This document shows, piece by piece, positions 47,414 to 58,100 of a stretch of 64,000 nt of DNA. Source of the stretch: Thraustochytrium aureum (taxonomy: Eukaryota); assembly GCA_012862495.1 (NCBI GenBank), contig BLSG01000238.1, forward strand, positions 72,470 through 136,469, read 5' to 3'. Made by a program: the position numbers and the translations under genes. The notes below the pieces were generated by a model. The model searched no databases. It saw only the letters and a list, made by a program, of their open reading frames with translations, and was not told where the DNA came from. Numbering within the stretch: position 1 is the first letter of the stretch; each line of letters starts with the position of its first letter.

Positions 47414-48292
47414 CCTTCAGAAGAGCCAGACAGGGGCTGAAGCCCCGCTCGGGCAGGAGGAGCAAGCAGCATTGCAGTCAGGANNNNNNNNNNNNNNNNN
47501 NNNNNNNNNNNNNNNNNNNNNNNNNNNNNNNNNNNNNNNNNNNNNNNNNNNNNNNNNNNNNNNNNNNNNNNNNNNNNNNNNNNNNNNNNNNNNNNNNNNN
47601 NNNNNNNNNNNNNNNNNNNNNNNNNNNNNNNNNNNNNNNNNNNNNNNNNNNNNNNNNNNNNNNNNNNNNNNNNNNNNNNNNNNNNNNNNNNNNNNNNNNN
47701 NNNNNNNNNNNNNNNNNNNNNNNNNNNNNNNNNNNNNNNNNNNNNNNNNNNNNNNNNNNNNNNNNNNNNNNNNNNNNNNNNNNNNNNNNNNNNNNNNNNN
47801 NNNNNNNNNNNNNNNNNNNNNNNNNNNNNNNNNNNNNNNNNNNNNNNNNNNNNNNNNNNNNNNNNNNNNNNNNNNNNNNNNNNNNNNNNNNNNNNNNNNN
47901 NNNNNNNNNNNNNNNNNNNNNNNNNNNNNNNNNNNNNNNNNNNNNNNNNNNNNNNNNNNNNNNNNNNNNNNNNNNNNNNNNNNNNNNNNNNNNNNNNNNN
48001 NNNNNNNNNNNNNNNNNNNNNNNNNNNNNNNNNNNNNNNNNNNNNNNNNNNNNNNNNNNNNNNNNNNNNNNNNNNNNNNNNNNNNNNNNNNNNNNNNNNN
48101 NNNNNNNNNNNNNNNNNNNNNNNNNNNNNNNNNNNNNNNNNNNNNNNNNNNNNNNNNNNNNNNNNNNNNNNNNNNNNNNNNNNNNNNNNNNNNNNNNNNN
48201 NNNNNNNNNNNNNNNNNNNNNNNNNNNNNNNNNNNNNNNNNNNNNNNNNNNNNNNNNNNNNNNNNNNNNNNNNNNNNNNNNNNNNNNNNNNN

Positions 48293-48446
48293 GGAGGGTT
48301 TGCTTTGCTTCACCAAAGCTTTGCTGGCGCTGGGCTTGGAAACCTCTGCATCGCTCGAGCTCGAGGAAGTCCCGTCCATGGCTGCCGCAGCGCTCGCGGG
48401 GTCGACAGAGTAGCTGTGGCGAGGCGGTTGTGTCACCACGACCATG
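48293..48446 (-). CDS. N-terminus of a hypothetical protein running into the gap (body unresolved; probable 3' exon near 47000-47320)
   Basis: MVVVTQPPRHSYSVDPASAAAAMDGTSSSSSDAEVSKPS... is open to the gap. An upstream CAAA-rich tract on the same strand looks like 5' leader/promoter sequence. No domain recognised. Confidence 0.35.
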
Positions 48447-49285
48447 GCTTGGAGTTGGGCTGCGGGCGCGACGGACGCGGCCACGTCGGCCTCGACTGGC
48501 TCGTTGTCGTCTATTCTGCCTGCGGCACCGCCAACGGCGGAACAGGCGTACCAAGGTGGTGGCTAGCCAAGCTGCAGGGCCCTGCTGCCGTCGTGGGCCG
48601 CCGCGCAATGCAGCCAGGCGACGTCGTCCTCGCAGCGGTCGTCTTCGTGGTCGTTGTCGTCGTGCTTTCGTGCGACGCGAGAAGAAGCCGGGCGCTGCGG
48701 CTGCGCACAGATAAAACTCCTTCGCGGCAGTGGCTCGAGCAGGACTTCGGTTTTGCTCGCAGTCCGGAATCCCCAACCGGGCTTTGGCGGCTGCCAGGGC
48801 TCGCTCGTCGTTGCAGTTTTGCTTTGGCTTGGGCAACAACACGGCATCGGCCGCACTCGGATCTGCACGTTGATGACCTTCCAGCCTCTTTCCCCCTGCG
48901 CTCCTCAATGGCGGCTGAATGCAGGAAGGGCGAGCAAGAGGCCCTGAGGTGTTGTAGCGGCACCTCAAGCTCTCCAGCGACCTTTGTTTGGGGGTTTGGT
49001 TTTGAATCGGGGGCCCTGGGGAGCGCTTGGGAACACCTGTAGAGTACTCTACTCCTCGAGGAGTACCGTGACACTGGCCGGCAAACGGCCAGAAACTGTA
49101 CACTCTCGCGCTCTCTTGGTAGACCCCCCTCGTTGACACGGGCTGTCGCCGCAACGTGGCGTTACTTGCGTTTGAGTCTGTTTTTCCCTCCTTTTCTCCT
49201 TCCTTCTTCCTTCCTTCCTCCTTTCCTTCGCCAGTTGTCGCATGCGTCAGGGAGCCTGAGCGTGAGCGATTGGAAGAAAAGGGCG

Positions 49286-49371
49286 TTTGTTTGGTTGTTT
49301 GAGTTGGTTGTTTGTTTGGTTGTTTGGTTTGTATTCGTTTTTCGATTGGTTTGTCTGTTTCTGGTTGGTTG
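49286..49371. repeat. Degenerate (TTTG/TTGG)n low-complexity tract, (CAAA)n on the minus strand
   Basis: tttgtttggttgtttgagttggttgtttgtttggttgtttggtttg... Confidence 0.8.
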
Positions 49372-52300
49372 CCAGCCTTCAAGTTGCTCAACAACTCGAA
49401 GTGAGGTCGCTCGACCTTGACCGCGAAGAGCGCACGGTCGTTGGGAGGGCGAGCGACACGCAGATGAAGATGACGATGGACCGGCACAGGCAGTCGGCGG
49501 CCCGCGCAGGAAAACGAGTATCTAGCGAGCAGAGGACCGGCCTCGTGAGAATACTGCGGCCGGAGGAGACGCGTTTGTGGGCCCTCCCTCCGCGCGCTCG
49601 GAGAGGGCGGGGTCGTCAAGAGTAGGAGGAGGAAGGGGCCGGGTCGTGGAGGTAGCCCCGCCGAACGGCTGCGTAGCGTGGGAAACGACACCCGGGTTCT
49701 CAAGCCGTTCGCAAGCCGTTCTCAAGCCGAGGTAAGTACTCTGAGTACTCTACCTGGCAACCTGCCCATCCCATCTGCCTGCCTGGCCGGTGACGCGGTA
49801 CTGCCAATGCACGCAATCCTGCGAGGAAGCAAGCAGACAAGCGACACCCGGAAACAGGGTCCAGGGAAAGTGTCCGAGCTCCGGCAGTCGACACCCCCTC
49901 TTCGCCGCAGCCGGGCAGAGGGGTCCTCAGCTCCAGCGCCCAGCGGCCCGCTCGCCCGCGCCACCGTGGTCCTCTACTGAGCCCAATGGCTCTTCTGTGC
50001 GAGCGCACTCCAACGTACGAAAGAACGGCAGGCAGCAGCACTGGCAGGCAGCAGGAGGGGCGCACCTGTTGTGATCGATCATGATTCATGATTTCCGAGT
50101 CGATCGACTTTCCCGCCGCCCTATCTGCATGCCGTCGGGAACAGCCCGGAACCCCACTTGGATTCCTGACTCTCACCATGGACAGATACGCAAGGGCATT
50201 GGCGCGTGCGAAGTTTGTTGTCGTCCGTTCACTGGCCTGTCCAAACGGCCATCTAACCCAGGCATGCAAACCAGGCAGCCATTTGCTACTTTTGCAATTT
50301 TTCCAGAGCGAAGGCCAGAGCGGCTGCCGGCCGGTGGTTCAAGCAAGGCGAGTCCAGGCTCATTTTCAAGTTCAANNNNNNNNNNNNNNNNNNNNNNNNN
50401 NNNNNNNNNNNNNNNNNNNNNNNNNNNNNNNNNNNNNNNNNNNNNNNNNNNNNNNNNNNNNNNNNNNNNNNNNNNNNNNNNNNNNNNNNNNNNNNNNNNN
50501 NNNNNNNNNNNNNNNNNNNNNNNNNNNNNNNNNNNNNNNNNNNNNNNNNNNNNNNNNNNNNNNNNNNNNNNNNNNNNNNNNNNNNNNNNNNNNNNNNNNN
50601 NNNNNNNNNNNNNNNNNNNNNNNNNNNNNNNNNNNNNNNNNNNNNNNNNNNNNNNNNNNNNNNNNNNNNNNNNNNNNNNNNNNNNNNNNNNNNNNNNNNN
50701 NNNNNNNNNNNNNNNNNNNNNNNNNNNNNNNNNNNNNNNNNNNNNNNNNNNNNNNNNNNNNNNNNNNNNNNNNNNNNNNNNNNNNNNNNNNNNNNNNNNN
50801 NNNNNNNNNNNNNNNNNNNNNNNNNNNNNNNNNNNNNNNNNNNNNNNNNNNNNNNNNNNNNNNNNNNNNNNNNNNNNNNNNNNNNNNNNNNNNNNNNNNN
50901 NNNNNNNNNNNNNNNNNNNNNNNNNNNNNNNNNNNNNNNNNNNNNNNNNNNNNNNNNNNNNNNNNNNNNNNNNNNNNNNNNNNNNNNNNNNNNNNNNNNN
51001 NNNNNNNNNNNNNNNNNNNNNNNNNNNNNNNNNNNNNNNNNNNNNNNNNNNNNNNNNNNNNNNNNNNNNNNNNNNNNNNNNNNNNNNNNNNNNNNNNNNN
51101 NNNNNNNNNNNNNNNNNNNNNNNNNNNNNNNNNNNNNNNNNNNNNNNNNNNNNNNNNNNNNGAGCGAATCCGCAACAGTCGCTTGCGAGTGGCGTGCGCG
51201 CCGTCGACCGACTTTCGCGTCAATTGCAAGCCAGCAACAAGCCAACCGCACGGACTCGGCGAAGGCCGGGCCAGCGCGATCCTCCGATACCCGGCTGGAC
51301 TGCGAACAAGAAAAGAAAATCGAGAGACCACAGCGAGACTCTTGCCGCGTTTCAGCCTCGTCCGGTCTCAAGTATAGAGTTGCAAGCAGAAAACAGAACG
51401 AAAACGGACTTTCGCACGTCGAGTTTGAGAAGAAGAACGCGCGCGTTTTGCGGTGATGTTGCTCTAAGACCCTCGCAGAAATGCACGATGACATTGTGTA
51501 GAAGGGCTTTCCCCGTGAGGGCAGCATTGAGGTCGCCGCTCTTGAGTTCGTGTGAGGAAGGCGCAGCGTTCCAGTGCCGCCAGCCCAATGCGGTCAAGTG
51601 TCTTAGATTTGGTGACTTTGCTCACTTGCCCCTAGAAAAACTCAAACCACTTGGTATGACAAACTCGCTCTCGCGCGCTGGAGAGGCGGTACACACCCAC
51701 TTCACATCGTTTTCCTCAAGCTTGCCAAAAATTCAATTTCGCACGCCAGGCTGTTCAACTTGATCCTGGCGAGCGGGTACGCTCACGCCTCGCGCCACGA
51801 GGCGGACGAAGTTCGACGCGCTGACGCATTTGTCAGCTGCCCGATGATGATTGCGGAGCTGTCGCAACCTGCCAGCTGCCTGCCACATGCGCGCCGTCAG
51901 GTCTCATTCATTCATTCATTCAGCTCGTGATGCGGCCTATCTGCGTGCCTGCCTGCCTGCCTGCCTGCGTGCCTGCCCCGCGTCGGATCCTCCTTGGCCT
52001 GCCAGCGCAGCGCAGAGAGCAATAGCTGCACGCTGGGCGGCCTGGCCTGGCCTGTTCAGGAGGGTGGATGATGGGCAGGCAGGCGCACCCGACATGTGGT
52101 GTCGGCAACCGATTGCCGGTGAGAGTTTCGGCGCCGCTTCCGATCCGTGTGACGCCGTAGAAGCGAGTGAGGTAACGGCGACGGAGGAGGAGGAGCAGGA
52201 GGAGGAGGCAGGACGGCAAGGAGGAAGGAGTCGTGCGTGATGGGCCCTGAGGGCCCCGCCCCTTCCTCTTGCTGCTCTTGACCCCGGCCCCACACTGCTA

Positions 52301-53376
52301 AACGATGACGTCGAAGGTTACGAGGAGCTGACCAGCAAGAGGAGCACATGGCTTTTCGACCGTGCAACACGGCCCGCGGACAGGCAGGCAGGCCGGCAGG
52401 AAGCTCGCACGCGACAACGCTCCGATCGATCGGTTCATTGCGACACCTGCAACCAGACCCCAGTGGGCGAGCGAACGCCGACTTGTAGTTCGTACCTCCC
52501 TCTAGCTAGCTCTACGTCATTCTCTCTGTCTGTGCGTCTGTCTGCCGCTTCGAGGTGATTTGCACGCATGCGTGCGAGCCGTGGCGTGGCGGGCCGGCGT
52601 CGCTCTGGCGACGGGGATGGAGAGCTAGCTAGCCTCCTTGCTTCTTTCCAGTGCATGCGCAGTACGGCTCCCTCCTTCCCGCCCTGCCGGATCGTGCACG
52701 CCCCGAGCAGGTGGTAAGCCTCCAACCCCTGGTACTCCAACACCTGGTGACATGCGCATGCGCAAGCGAGGCGCGAGCGTCCATCCAGCATGATGATCCG
52801 TGGTACTGTACTCGAGTAGAGTGTACTCACTNNNNNNNNNNNNNNNNNNNNNNNNNNNNNNNNNNNNNNNNNNNNNNNNNNNNNNNNNNNNNNNNNNNNN
52901 NNNNNNNNNNNNNNNNNNNNNNNNNNNNNNNNNNNNNNNNNNNNNNNNNNNNNNNNNNNNNNNNNNNNNGATGATGACAGTGGGGCCCGAGGTTGACGGA
53001 CGGGTGGGTGTGCGTCGTCCGAACCGATTCCCCGCTGCGCCAGCAGCCGCCTCCGTCAAGGCAAGCAGGCGGATCTTCTCACGACCACACCTGCAGGCGG
53101 GTTGTCGTTGAGCAGAGTGGGCGGGTCCGGGCGCCCGCTTGCGACACCCTGGAGAGCTGGAGTTGAACTGGCGGGCAGCCTGATGAGGAGTCCAGTCCGC
53201 GCCTGACTGATGCTGACTCGCCCTTGTACTGCAGCACCTACGAGGAATTGCTAGCATCCCTTCGGCGGCGGGCAACCAATTCGCTCGCTCGCTACCAAGT
53301 AGCTCTCTCTGCTAGAGTAGAGAGAGGCGCGCGAGTGGGGCTATCAAGTCGCTAAACGCGGGAGTGGTGCTCGTTC

Positions 53377-55961
53377 TCAAACCACTGCGTGCCGTCGCTG
53401 CCGGGCTGGTAGGCAAACAACTGCTGGTCGACCTCGTGTGGCGATGCAGGCGCTCGTGCGGCTCCAAAGCCGACGGTTCGGGACACCTGCTTGGACATGC
53501 GCGACAGCCTCGAGGAGCCCCTGCATCTCCGTCGCGCAGTTGGTCCCCATTCGACGCCGCACTACCGTCGAATTGACTGCCACTAAAGTGGGCCCCTCTG
53601 CTGGCCCAGTCCCCGGGTCCATCTCGATGCGCCGCATCGGCGGTTGGGCAATCCAAAGCTCATCGTCATCCATCGCCGCAAGCTCATTCAGCTCGCGCTT
53701 GCGTCGCGAGGCAAACACGCAAAACGTCCCACCACATCCGCAGAGCAGGACACCTCCCAAGGCCATGCTAAGGATCAGGTAAAGCTCGAGCGAGTCCTTT
53801 GGTGTCGCTCTGAGTGCCGCAACGCAAGGGTTTTTCAATCCGTTTAGGCGAAGCAGAGGCTCCGATGCTTCGACGCTTTCCCCCGCGACCGACAACGGGG
53901 CGCTCAAGTCCTCGATAAAAACGGTGACCGAGGCTGGGTCCGCCTTCATTTCGATCGAGTCCGCACATTCGATTCGAGCACCAGGGGCCAACGTTGCTTG
54001 TCGTAGCATGACCTCTGTGCCCTCCTCGTCTGCGAAGGAGCACCACGCCTTGTAACGGTCGACCTGTGTCAGCGACTCGACGACCTTGGCGAGGCGGCCG
54101 CCGAAGCTCAAACTCCACTTCGCAACGTCGCTCTCCGCAGTCGACGAGCACTCCACATGGGTGGAGTCGTCAAAGCACGCTTGGTCCGTGGCGCGCTCCA
54201 GCACCTGCGCCGCTGTAGCGTTGTTCAACGGGCACGGAGCGCTTGGCTCGCTCAAAATGGACAAGGCCATTTGTGACACCTGCCCTTCTGGGACCACAAC
54301 GTCGCTGGCGTCACATCGAATCGTGCCTGCGCGAACGGTGCACTCAACCAATACATCCGCATCCCCTCCTGAGATCTTGGCCCAGACTTGGGGCGGCGCA
54401 GTTGAACCGGGAACAAGTTGCGCGACTACTTCCAGTCGCTCGAACGCTGGGCACCACGCCGCGCTGGCCTCGCCATCGACGGGAACGGGTTCGAGTCGAG
54501 CTGAACCGACAGTCTGATTGTCTTGGCACTTTTCTGACGAGTCCAAGTCGACCCCGCCATTCGGGCTTGATGTTGGCGTTGCGTTGCCTGTTGGAGCTCT
54601 CGTGCTTGTTGTTGGGCCGCTCGTCTGGGAGCTCTGCCCACCCACCGCATCGCCTGTCGGTGCGCCGTTTGGCGTAGCGCTTGGTGATCTCGAGGGCGAC
54701 TGCGTTGGCCATAGCGAGGGAGACTTGCTCGGTCCTGCTGATGGCGCCCTGCTCGGTTCTGTTGATGGCGCTGGGGTGGGGGCAGTCGTTGGCCTGCTTG
54801 ATACTGATGGACTTGCAGTGGGCCTGCCCGACTGTGTAGGGGCGTGACTTGGTTTGTGACTGGGAGACTTGCTCGGGGCTTGGCTCGGGCGCTTGCTTGG
54901 CGCTTTGGTTGGCGCGTTGCTCGGGCGCCTGCTCGGCGCGTTGCTGGGGCGCCTGCTCGGCGCGTTGCTCGGGCGCCTGCTCGGCGCGTTGCTGGGGCGC
55001 CTGCTCGGCGCGTTGCTGGGGCGCCTGCTCGGCGCGTTGCTGGGGCGCCTGCTTGGGCTACGACTTGGTCCGGGAGTCGGCCCTAATGTCGGTGCTGCTA
55101 CTGGTGGCGTGCTCGCAGGCACGGGCGTCGGGACCGACGATGTCGGTGCCGCCGACAGGTAGCTGCAAACATAAAACCCAATCGCTTTGGGAGCAGAGCA
55201 GGTTGCTGTGATGGCAGGCACTGCCTGGTCACCGGGTTCTGGTGTGCAGGTGCCCGGGAACCCGAAATGCAAAGCCCCGTTGTCGACTTGTACCGGGCAG
55301 TTCCCCCACGCTCGCTGGCCCGTAATCAGGTCGTCTTCACTTGAAAAGATCACAAAGCTTTTCCCCATCCCATAGTCATCCGCTCCAACTTTCCAGTCTT
55401 GCAGCATCGCCTTGTAGGCATCGAATCCCGCTTGGCCCTTTTCTTCGCGGAAAAACGCGACCATCTCCCCGTCCACGTCGTAGCGGAACCGAGCCGACTC
55501 GGCATACAGANNNNNNNNNNNNNNNNNNNNNNNNNNNNNNNNNNNNNNNNNNNNNNNNNNNNNNNNNNNNNNNNNNNNNNNNNNNNNNNNNNNNNNNNNN
55601 NNNNNNNNNNNNNNNNNNNNNNNNNNNNNNNNNNNNNNNNNNNNNNNNNNNNNNNNNNNNNNNNNNNNNNNNNNNNNNNNNNNNNNNNNNNNNNNNNNNN
55701 NNNNNNNNNNNNNNNNNNNNNNNNNNNNNNNNNNNNNNNNNNNNNNNNNNNNNNNNNNNNNNNNNNNNNNNNNNNNNNNNNNNNNNNNNNNNNNNNNNNN
55801 NNNNNNNNNNNNNNNNNNNNNNNNNNNNNNNNNNNCTTCGCACTTGCGAGGCTCGCTCGCTGCCTTTCGCGGCGTCCGCGCTCGCTCCGTTGCTGTTTGG
55901 CCTGGCGCCAATGCCCACCGACGAGAGCGACCTGTGCAAAGACGAGTGCGGCGGCGGCCAT
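53377..55961 (-). CDS. Mucin-like type I membrane/cell-surface protein with Pro/Ser/Thr stalk
   Basis: Signal-peptide-like MAAAALVFAQVALVG (ATG 55961); Cys-containing ectodomain; (APSRRPSN)n and PS/PT stalk; second Cys-containing domain; TM LYLILSMALGGVLLCGCGGTFCVFA followed by SRRKR. The tail frame is uncertain. Confidence 0.75.
54860..55058 (-). repeat. In-frame 24-nt (2x12) tandem repeat encoding APSRRPSN, about 6 copies plus degenerate units
   Basis: gcgcgttgct(g/c)gggcgcctgctcg repeated on the plus strand. Confidence 0.9.
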
Positions 55962-56418
55962 TCTTGCCAACAACGATGTGTTATCCGTTGGAAGAACTGT
56001 ACGTAGGTCGGTCAGAGTCAGCGCCTGTGTTGGGAAAAAAAAGCTGAGCGGACTATGACGCGCTGGGCGGCGCAGGACACGTCCAGTCGCTGCTTCTGCT
56101 CAATGTCGTTGCGTGCCTGGAAGGGTGCGGTAGTATGGAGTACTGCCCCGTCGTCTATTTCACTTTTTTCATTCGCCTTGCCCTGCCTACCTACCGGTGC
56201 GCCAACGGTTTCTGGTCCCCGAGTCGAGCCGGAGGACGGCGCCCTTGAGCAGCGAATCCGCGACAGACATGCGTGCTGCCTGCATTGATACTTGCTTGCA
56301 CGACAGGAGCCCTGGGATGGCGTAGGGGGTTTGCCGCCCGACCACGTGCGCGCGGACTTGGCGGCGGAGGATGGGCAAGGCTTGCCGTTTGCTGATTCTG
56401 AATTGATTATTTGAGAGC

Positions 56419-56913
56419 CTATGCTTGCTTGGGCTTTGCAGCGGCCTCCTTTTGAGCGCGGAAGGCTGGGGCGGCTAAGAGCGGAGCGAACGACATGGCC
56501 CCGAGTGCGGCGCACCAAGCCCAAACCATGCCGATCTGGCCCCAACCGTACTCGGAAACAACAAGACTCAAGGGGTACCCGGCCAACGTGCCACCAACCT
56601 GCGCGAGTGACTTGGTGAACGCGCCAGCCGTGGACTGCGCCTGGGGAAACACCTCGCGAGCTGTGCAGAGCTGCGGTGAGCCAGGGAACGGCGACTGCGG
56701 CGGGCGAAAAACTTGCACTTACCGGTGAGGCCAACGAGCATGTGCGGCCCGAACGAGGCAAAGCCAAACATAAAGTACAGCGCAACGAGCGCCGCCCCCT
56801 CGTGGCCTTCTGGCAACGGGAGCCACGAGATCCCAGCGATCACCGGCGCAATAAGGGCTGTAAACAAGACGAGCGCGGGGCCCCGGCGGCCCGCAAACAG
56901 CCTGTCGCTGATT
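56419..56913 (-). CDS. MFS organophosphate:Pi antiporter, UhpC/GlpT/SLC37 family (C-terminal part; rest in gap), one intron
   Basis: SDRLFAGRRGP; GFASFGPHMLVGLT|AREV; STAGAFTKSLAQVGGTLAGYPL...YGW. These match the OPA-family TM8-12 motifs. Confidence 0.85.
56661..56722 (-). other. Spliceosomal GT-AG intron (62 nt, phase 1)
   Basis: ACCG|GTAAGT ... GCTCAC ... GCACAG|CTCGCGAG; removal gives GLT-A-REV in frame. Confidence 0.88.
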
Positions 56914-58100
56914 NNNNNNNNNNNNNNNNNNNNNNNNNNNNNNNNNNNNNNNNNNNNNNNNNNNNNNNNNNNNNNNNNNNNNNNNNNNNNNNNNNNNNNN
57001 NNNNNNNNNNNNNNNNNNNNNNNNNNNNNNNNNNNNNNNNNNNNNNNNNNNNNNNNNNNNNNNNNNNNNNNNNNNNNNNNNNNNNNNNNNNNNNNNNNNN
57101 NNNNNNNNNNNNNNNNNNNNNNNNNNNNNNNNNNNNNNNNNNNNNNNNNNNNNNNNNNNNNNNNNNNNNNNNNNNNNNNNNNNNNNNNNNNNNNNNNNNN
57201 NNNNNNNNNNNNNNNNNNNNNNNNNNNNNNNNNNNNNNNNNNNNNNNNNNNNNNNNNNNNNNNNNNNNNNNNNNNNNNNNNNNNNNNNNNNNNNNNNNNN
57301 NNNNNNNNNNNNNNNNNNNNNNNNNNNNNNNNNNNNNNNNNNNNNNNNNNNNNNNNNNNNNNNNNNNNNNNNNNNNNNNNNNNNNNNNNNNNNNNNNNNN
57401 NNNNNNNNNNNNNNNNNNNNNNNNNNNNNNNNNNNNNNNNNNNNNNNNNNNNNNNNNNNNNNNNNNNNNNNNNNNNNNNNNNNNNNNNNNNNNNNNNNNN
57501 NNNNNNNNNNNNNNNNNNNNNNNNNNNNNNNNNNNNNNNNNNNNNNNNNNNNNNNNNNNNNNNNNNNNNNNNNNNNNNNNNNNNNNNNNNNNNNNNNNNN
57601 NNNNNNNNNNNNNNNNNNNNNNNNNNNNNNNNNNNNNNNNNNNNNNCTGCGGTCCAGCCTCCGTTCGAGCCGCTGCGCGCGCAGTCGCTGTGTCCTGTCC
57701 TGGCAGCGCCTTCCCTCTTCCCTCTCCCTCAATGCCAGCCAGCCAGCCAGCCTGCCAGCCAGCGAGCCTGCGAGCCCGCCTCGGTGGACGCCAAGCCAGC
57801 TCGCCGCGACACGGGAGAGCCGCGTGAAGGCAGGCAGGCGTCAGGCACGCAGGCAGGCAGGCACAGGCAGAGCTGGCGCGTGAAAGTAGTAGGCACGAGC
57901 AGGAGCAGGAGCAGGAGGCGAGCAGAATAGCCCGAGCACTTGCTTGCAACCGCCGAAAGTAGGCAAGGAAGCTCGGGTTGGTGATAGCGGTAGGATAGTT
58001 ACATGCAGGAATGGACGGGCGGGCAGCGGCCTCGAAGGTGATGACAACGCGGTCTGGCGGAGCGCACGTTCTGCCCAAGCCAGCGCTTATGAACAGCAGA

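Noticed and set aside
49700..53300. tRNA, snRNA or transposon in the long intergenic region
   Set aside because: No cloverleaf or box A/B, terminal repeats or transposase/RT motifs were found by eye; an Infernal/Rfam scan would be needed to exclude them fully.
54844..55211. Plus-strand ORFs with (LLGALLGR)n or (CSARCWGA)n repeats
   Set aside because: These are antisense shadows of the 24-nt repeat in the mucin-like gene.
47328..57930. Long ORFs in the supplied track that span N runs (e.g. 47478-49703, 50081-51763, 56676-57827)
   Set aside because: Their length comes from X codons in gaps and high GC; the flanking translations are microsatellite-derived or non-coding in character.
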